NCBI GenBank assembly: GCA_041678445.1
Contig: JBAYOD010000001.1
Coordinates: 1-53,045 of the forward strand
Reading direction: 5' to 3'
Length of the DNA: 53,045 nt
Source: Burkholderiaceae bacterium
Lineage (GTDB): Bacteria > Pseudomonadota > Gammaproteobacteria > Burkholderiales > Burkholderiaceae_E
The notes under the pieces are model-generated. The model was not told the origin of the DNA. It worked only from the letters and a program-made list of their open reading frames with translations, and searched no databases. Position 1 is the first letter of the stretch; the number at the start of each line of letters is the position of its first letter. The position numbers and the translations under genes were made by a program. Below are positions 48,726 to 53,045 of this stretch, piece after piece.

Positions 48726-49383
48726 TCATGTCCTGGGCACCTTCGGCCTCGAAGACCATCGCATAGGGCTTGCCCAGGCTGTCGGCCTCCGGAATCGCTG
48801 CGAAGAACTTGTCGAGCCAAGACTTCGTGTCGGCTGCCAGGTCGCTGGCCTTCAGCACGCCACTGTCCAGGCTCCAGGCATCGCCGGTCTCGTAGAGACT
48901 CTCCCAGATCCCGAGCTGGATGGCTGCGCCCTGCAAGCCGCTGACCGGATGGACCCAGGCGTGCGGGTCGCTCCAGTCGTTCGAGTTGCCGTTCAGCACA
49001 TAGTTGACCGCGCCGAGGAAGTCGAGCGTGCGCTCGGCGACCCCGTCGAAGTTCACCTCGTAGCGGACAGTCTGGCCACCTGAAATGGTGTCGAACAGGT
49101 CGTAGCAGTACATGAAGACCTTGCCGGTGCTGTCGACGAAGATTTCCGGGTCGATGCCGTCGAGATGGCTCGCCGCACCGCTGAAGCGACCGGCCATGAC
49201 GTTTCGTGTGAGCGTCGTCGGGGTCGCGCCGTAGGTGTAGCTGACCTTGACCGTATCGCTCGTCGGAGTGCTGTCGAAATGCCCGAAAATCGGATTGTCG
49301 AATTTGATGGTGAGCGCTGCGGAATGCGCCGTGCCGGCGGCGAGGAACAATGAAGCAAACAAGGCAACAGGGGTGAATTTCAT
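48631..49383 (-). CDS. PEP-CTERM-type exosortase target protein
   Basis: Signal peptide (AHS-A); C-terminal VPVPGSLALLAAGFAGLLVRRRG. Confidence 0.88.
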   Translation of the reverse strand: MKFTPVALFASLFLAAGTAHSAALTIKFDNPIFGHFDSTPTSDTVKVSYTYGATPTTLTRNVMAGRFSGAASHLDGIDPEIFVDSTGKVFMYCYDLFDTISGGQTVRYEVNFDGVAERTLDFLGAVNYVLNGNSNDWSDPHAWVHPVSGLQGAAIQLGIWESLYETGDAWSLDSGVLKASDLAADTKSWLDKFFAAIPEADSLGKPYAMVFEAEGAQDMITADPPGTVPVPGSLALLAAGFAGLLVRRRG

Positions 49384-49421
49384 CACGATGTACTCGGTGT
49401 CGTTGGTGACGCGAGACATCA

Positions 49422-49493
49422 AGCATTATCTGTGCCAGTTATGCAAGATATTGATTTAAAGGAATTTTTTGTTTATCTGTAACGGCCTTGACA
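49422..49493 (-). promoter_or_regulatory. Sigma54 promoter, IHF site and enhancer for the PEP-CTERM gene
   Basis: Minus strand TGGCAC-agata-ATGCT (49422-37); AATCAA-tatc-TTG IHF consensus (49444-56); TGT-N10-ACA (49478-93). Confidence 0.75.
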
Positions 49494-49543
49494 TGTTGAA
49501 GTAAGAAATCCCGATGCGAATTTCGACACACCGGGATGATTCA

Positions 49544-50680
49544 TCAAGGATGGCGTGCAGGCAGATTCAATGACGAATCGATTCGCGCCGGATGGAGCAC
49601 GGAAGTGTCGATGGCCTCGAGCTTGCGGCAGCCGGTGAGCGCCATGGCCACTTCGAGTTCGGCACGCAGCAGGTGCAGCAGATGGGCGACCCCGACGGCG
49701 CCGGCAACGCTCAGGGCGTGCAGGCAGGGCCGGCCGACGAGCACGGCACGGGCGCCCAGGGCGAGCGCCTTCAGGATGTCGGTGCCGCGCCGTACGCCAC
49801 CGTCCAGCAGCACCGGCAGCCGGTTGCCGACCGCCTGGGCCACCTCGGGCAGCAGCTCGATCGTGGCCGGCAGGGTGTCGAGCGTGCGCCCGCCGTGGTT
49901 CGAGACGATCAGTCCGTCAACGCCGTGTTCGACGGCCAGCAGGGCGTCTTCGGCGTGGGTGATCCCCTTGAGCAGGATCGGCAGGCGGGTCAGGCCGCGC
50001 AGCCAGTCGATGTCGGTCCAGGTCGGCGCGCCGGTGAGCAGGCCGCTGCCGAAGACCGCACTTTCGCCGGCGGCGGCGGTTCGCGTGGCCGGCAGCCGCA
50101 GCCCGCGCAGGTTGACGGCTTCGATGCCGGCCGGCAACTGGAACCCGGTACGCTGCTCGCGATGGCGCAGGCCGTTGACCGGCGCGTCGACCGTCACCAC
50201 GAGCGCGCCATAACCGGCGCGTTCGGCACGGGCCACCAATGTCCGGGTGAAGTCACGGTCGGCCTGGATGTACAGCTGGAACCAGAGCGGTGTGCCGGCG
50301 CTGGCGGCAATCGCTTCGAGTTCGACGCTGGCCTGGGTGCTGACCACCATGGCCGCCTTGAGTGCGGCGGCGCCGAGCACCGTGGCGAGCTCCCCGTCCG
50401 GATGGGCGAGTTTCTGGAAGGCCATCGGGGCAACCAGGATCGGGTGCTCGAGGCGCTGGCCGAACAGGGTCAGGGCGGTATCGCCGCCATCGAGCGGGCG
50501 CAGCACCCGGACGCGCAGGCGCAGCCGGTCGAAGGCGGCACGATTGTCGTGCAGGGTCAGTTCGTCGGCGGCGCCGCCGTTCAGATAGGCCCAGGCCTGG
50601 GGGCCGGTCCGTTCGCGGGCAAGCCGTTCGTAGTCGCTTGCGCAGGCGATGTCGGGCGGAATCGTTGGCGGTCCGGTCAT
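49544..50680 (-). CDS. FMN-dependent alpha-hydroxy acid oxidase/dehydrogenase
   Basis: WFQLY, LVVTVDAP, LLKGI, VSNHGGRTLD, DGGVRRGTDILKALALGA. Confidence 0.94.
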   Translation of the reverse strand: MTGPPTIPPDIACASDYERLARERTGPQAWAYLNGGAADELTLHDNRAAFDRLRLRVRVLRPLDGGDTALTLFGQRLEHPILVAPMAFQKLAHPDGELATVLGAAALKAAMVVSTQASVELEAIAASAGTPLWFQLYIQADRDFTRTLVARAERAGYGALVVTVDAPVNGLRHREQRTGFQLPAGIEAVNLRGLRLPATRTAAAGESAVFGSGLLTGAPTWTDIDWLRGLTRLPILLKGITHAEDALLAVEHGVDGLIVSNHGGRTLDTLPATIELLPEVAQAVGNRLPVLLDGGVRRGTDILKALALGARAVLVGRPCLHALSVAGAVGVAHLLHLLRAELEVAMALTGCRKLEAIDTSVLHPARIDSSLNLPARHP

Positions 50681-50694
50681 TCTGGGTGTCGTCT

Positions 50695-51375
50695 TCAGGT
50701 GTCGGCCCACTGCCTGAGCAGGTTGTGATACACGCCGGTGAGCCGGACGACCGACCGATGGGCGGCGTCGTCACCGGCCAGTTCCTGGATGGCCTGGTCG
50801 AGTTCGTGAAGCAGGCTGCGCTGACTGTCGTCGCGCACCAGGCTCTGGATCCAGAAGAAGGACGCCAGGCGCGTGCCGCGGGTCACCGGGGTGACCCGGT
50901 GCAGGCTGTGGCCGGGGTACAGGACCATGTGGCCGGCGGGCAGCTTGACGGTGTGGGTGCCGTAGGTGTCCTGCACAACCAGTTCGCCGCCGTCGTAGTC
51001 GGCCGGATCGCTCAGGAACAGCGTTGCCGACAGGTCGCTGCGCACCCGGTGCGGGGTGCCCGGGATCGAGAAGATGGCATTGTCGATGTGGTTGTCATAG
51101 TCGCCGCCGCCTTCGTAGCGGTTGAAGCGCGGCGGCAGCACCTTCAGCGGCAACGCGGCGCCGATGAAGCGCGGGTCGCTGCCGAGCACGTCGAGCAGGA
51201 AGGCGGCCAGGCGCTGGCCGGTTTCGTCATCCTGCGACACCTGCAGATTGCGTTTGGCCGTGCTCGCGACATGGCCGGCAGTCGTGCGACCTTCGACCCA
51301 GGCCGCACCGGCCAGGGCTTCCCGGCAGCGGGCCAGTTGGTCGGGTGTCAGGACGTCGGGAAGGGTCAGCATCAT
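50695..51375 (-). CDS. PKHD-type Fe(II)/2OG dioxygenase (PiuC/YbiX)
   Basis: [55 protein letters not shown]. Confidence 0.95.
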   Translation of the reverse strand: MMLTLPDVLTPDQLARCREALAGAAWVEGRTTAGHVASTAKRNLQVSQDDETGQRLAAFLLDVLGSDPRFIGAALPLKVLPPRFNRYEGGGDYDNHIDNAIFSIPGTPHRVRSDLSATLFLSDPADYDGGELVVQDTYGTHTVKLPAGHMVLYPGHSLHRVTPVTRGTRLASFFWIQSLVRDDSQRSLLHELDQAIQELAGDDAAHRSVVRLTGVYHNLLRQWADT

Positions 51376-51445
51376 CGCGCAGTCTCGCCGAGGGTCTCGA
51401 TACAGATACAGAATCTTACCGTTCCGTTGCAATCCGTTACATGGT

Positions 51446-51466
51446 AATCGAAATCGATTATCATTC
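51446..51466. promoter_or_regulatory. Fur box-like site
   Basis: Minus strand AATGATAATCGATTTCGATT between divergent iron-uptake genes. Confidence 0.7.
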
Positions 51467-51555
51467 TTGTTAACAAGCCTTCAGAGCTTGTTTTTCAGGC
51501 CGTCTCCACTGGCCTTTTTTCACAGTGTCCTGTTTTGCACGAGAGGAGATCCCCC

Positions 51556-53045
51556 ATGTCCAATGCCCGTCATCGGAAGCGCACATCACGCCTGAAGCCG
51601 ACCGCCGCAGCCGTGGCCGTTGCCTCGGCAAGCTGTGGCGGACTGAGCCTTGCGGTACTGCCCGCCAGCGCACAGACGTCTTCTTCACAGACCAGCCTGC
51701 CGGAAGTCCGCGTCACGGCCCAGCCCGAACACTCGGCAGTTTCCTCGCCCAAGGCGACTGCGCCGCTGCGCGACACGCCGCAGACCGTTTCGGTGATTCC
51801 CGAATCGGTCTTTACCCAGCAAGGCGCACGGACCTTGACCGAAGTGCTGCGCAACACGCCGGGCATCACTTTCAGTGCTGGCGAAAACGGGTTCTCCACC
51901 AACAACAACAACTTCGGGCTGCGCGGCTTCGACAGCAGCTCCAGCGTCTTCGTCGACGGGGTCCGCGATTCGGGCAACTATGCGCGCGACGCCTTCAACA
52001 TCGAACAGGTCGAGGTGGTCAAGGGGTCGTCGGCCGACCTTGGCCGCGGGGGCCCCGGCGGTTACGTGAACCTGGTGACCAAGAGCCCGAAGCGGGAGAA
52101 CTTCACCAATGGCAGCGTGTCCTATGGCTTCGACAGCTCGGATGCGAAGAACCGCTGGCGGGCGGCGCTCGATGCCAACCGCACGTTCAGCGACAGCGTC
52201 GCCGGGCGCCTGAACCTGCTGCTGCAGGATGGCGGTGTGGCCGGGCGCGAACATGCCAAGCAGCGCAGCGTGGGGATCGCGCCGTCGCTGTCCTTCGGCA
52301 TGGGCACGCCGACGCGTGTCGACCTGGCCTATCAGCACGTGCGCCAGGACGACCGGCCGGACTGGGGCGTGCCGGCTGCGATGCTGCCGGGCACGATGCG
52401 CCACGATCCGTCGTTCCGGCCCGGCCGGGACACCTACTACGGCTTGCTGTCCGATTTCGACGATACCCGGGCGGATACCTTCACCGCACGCGTCGAACAT
52501 CGCCTGTCGACTGACACCACGATCACCAACCTGACGCGCTGGTCACGCACGCGTCGCGATGCGGTCTACACGATTCCGTTCAGCTATGACCCGGCCACCG
52601 TCACGGTGACCACGCAACGTCAGGCTTTCGACCGCGACAACGGCGTGCTGGCCAACCAGACCAACCTGAGCACCCGGTTCGCAGCCGCCGGACTGCAGCA
52701 CCGGCTGTCGGCCGGTGTCGAGCTGTCGCGCGAAACCTCCGACGCCAGGCGGTTCGGTACGCAGAACAATCCCGGCACCGGCAGCCCGATCAGCGGCTAT
52801 GACCCGGATCCGTCGCGGGCGGGGCCCTGGAGCGACCTGGCCGCCACCCAGACTGCCGAAGTCGAGGTCAAGACGGTTGCCGCCTACGTCTACGACACGG
52901 TGGAGTTGAGCCCGCGCTGGCAGCTCACCGGCGGCGTGCGCCTCGAGCACTACAGCGTCGACATCAGCAGCCGCAACGTCGACGGTACGCCACTCGGGCA
53001 GGATGGCTACGATGCCAGCAAGACCTCGCTGAACGGCCGCCTGGG
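51556..53045 (+). CDS. TonB-dependent siderophore receptor (Fiu/PiuA-like), truncated by the window end
   Basis: GAGGAG RBS; LPEVRVTA TonB box, SPKATAPLRDTPQTVSVI, LRNTPGITF, LRGF, DGVRD, EQVEVVKG; no stop within the window, so absent from the ORF track. Confidence 0.93.
   Translation, partial: MSNARHRKRTSRLKPTAAAVAVASASCGGLSLAVLPASAQTSSSQTSLPEVRVTAQPEHSAVSSPKATAPLRDTPQTVSVIPESVFTQQGARTLTEVLRNTPGITFSAGENGFSTNNNNFGLRGFDSSSSVFVDGVRDSGNYARDAFNIEQVEVVKGSSADLGRGGPGGYVNLVTKSPKRENFTNGSVSYGFDSSDAKNRWRAALDANRTFSDSVAGRLNLLLQDGGVAGREHAKQRSVGIAPSLSFGMGTPTRVDLAYQHVRQDDRPDWGVPAAMLPGTMRHDPSFRPGRDTYYGLLSDFDDTRADTFTARVEHRLSTDTTITNLTRWSRTRRDAVYTIPFSYDPATVTVTTQRQAFDRDNGVLANQTNLSTRFAAAGLQHRLSAGVELSRETSDARRFGTQNNPGTGSPISGYDPDPSRAGPWSDLAATQTAEVEVKTVAAYVYDTVELSPRWQLTGGVRLEHYSVDISSRNVDGTPLGQDGYDASKTSLNGRL

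Overview
High-GC betaproteobacterial (Burkholderiales-like) chromosomal window; the taxon is inferred from gene content and order. Core blocks: secreted lipase, valS-hypothetical-holC-pepA divergent from lptF-lptG-ArnT-like glycosyltransferase-cysB, and tRNA-Ala(CGC). Behind the tRNA lies a decayed ~5.3 kb island (about 12.3-17.6 kb). It holds toxin-antitoxin/Fic/RhuM debris, one intact vapBC, tehB and an extra metK. The best discovery candidate is in this island: metK sits behind three apparent SAM riboswitches in series. The first is a SAM-I/IV-type aptamer with a terminator/antiterminator switch. It is followed by two duplicated SAM-II switches, one gating an unknown 82-aa ORF and one gating metK, which is followed by an overlapping unknown 218-aa ORF. 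Further right are yggS, an intradiol dioxygenase-like gene, cytochrome c peroxidase, patatin, a tandem cyanophycin synthetase pair with ABC transporter and DUF1854, a lower-GC IclR/ABC/tautomerase/lactonase cassette, ytfE-norR-ybaN, a cardiolipin synthase-like PLD, a full SUF operon, rlmJ, a PEP-CTERM protein with thioester-domain-like motifs, and a Fur-boxed piuC / TonB-receptor locus cut by the window end. A candidate ~95-nt GGAG-rich sRNA lies between lptG and the glycosyltransferase. No CRISPR, rRNA or intact integrase/transposase was seen. All family and RNA-class calls come from motif recognition by eye; no searches were run.
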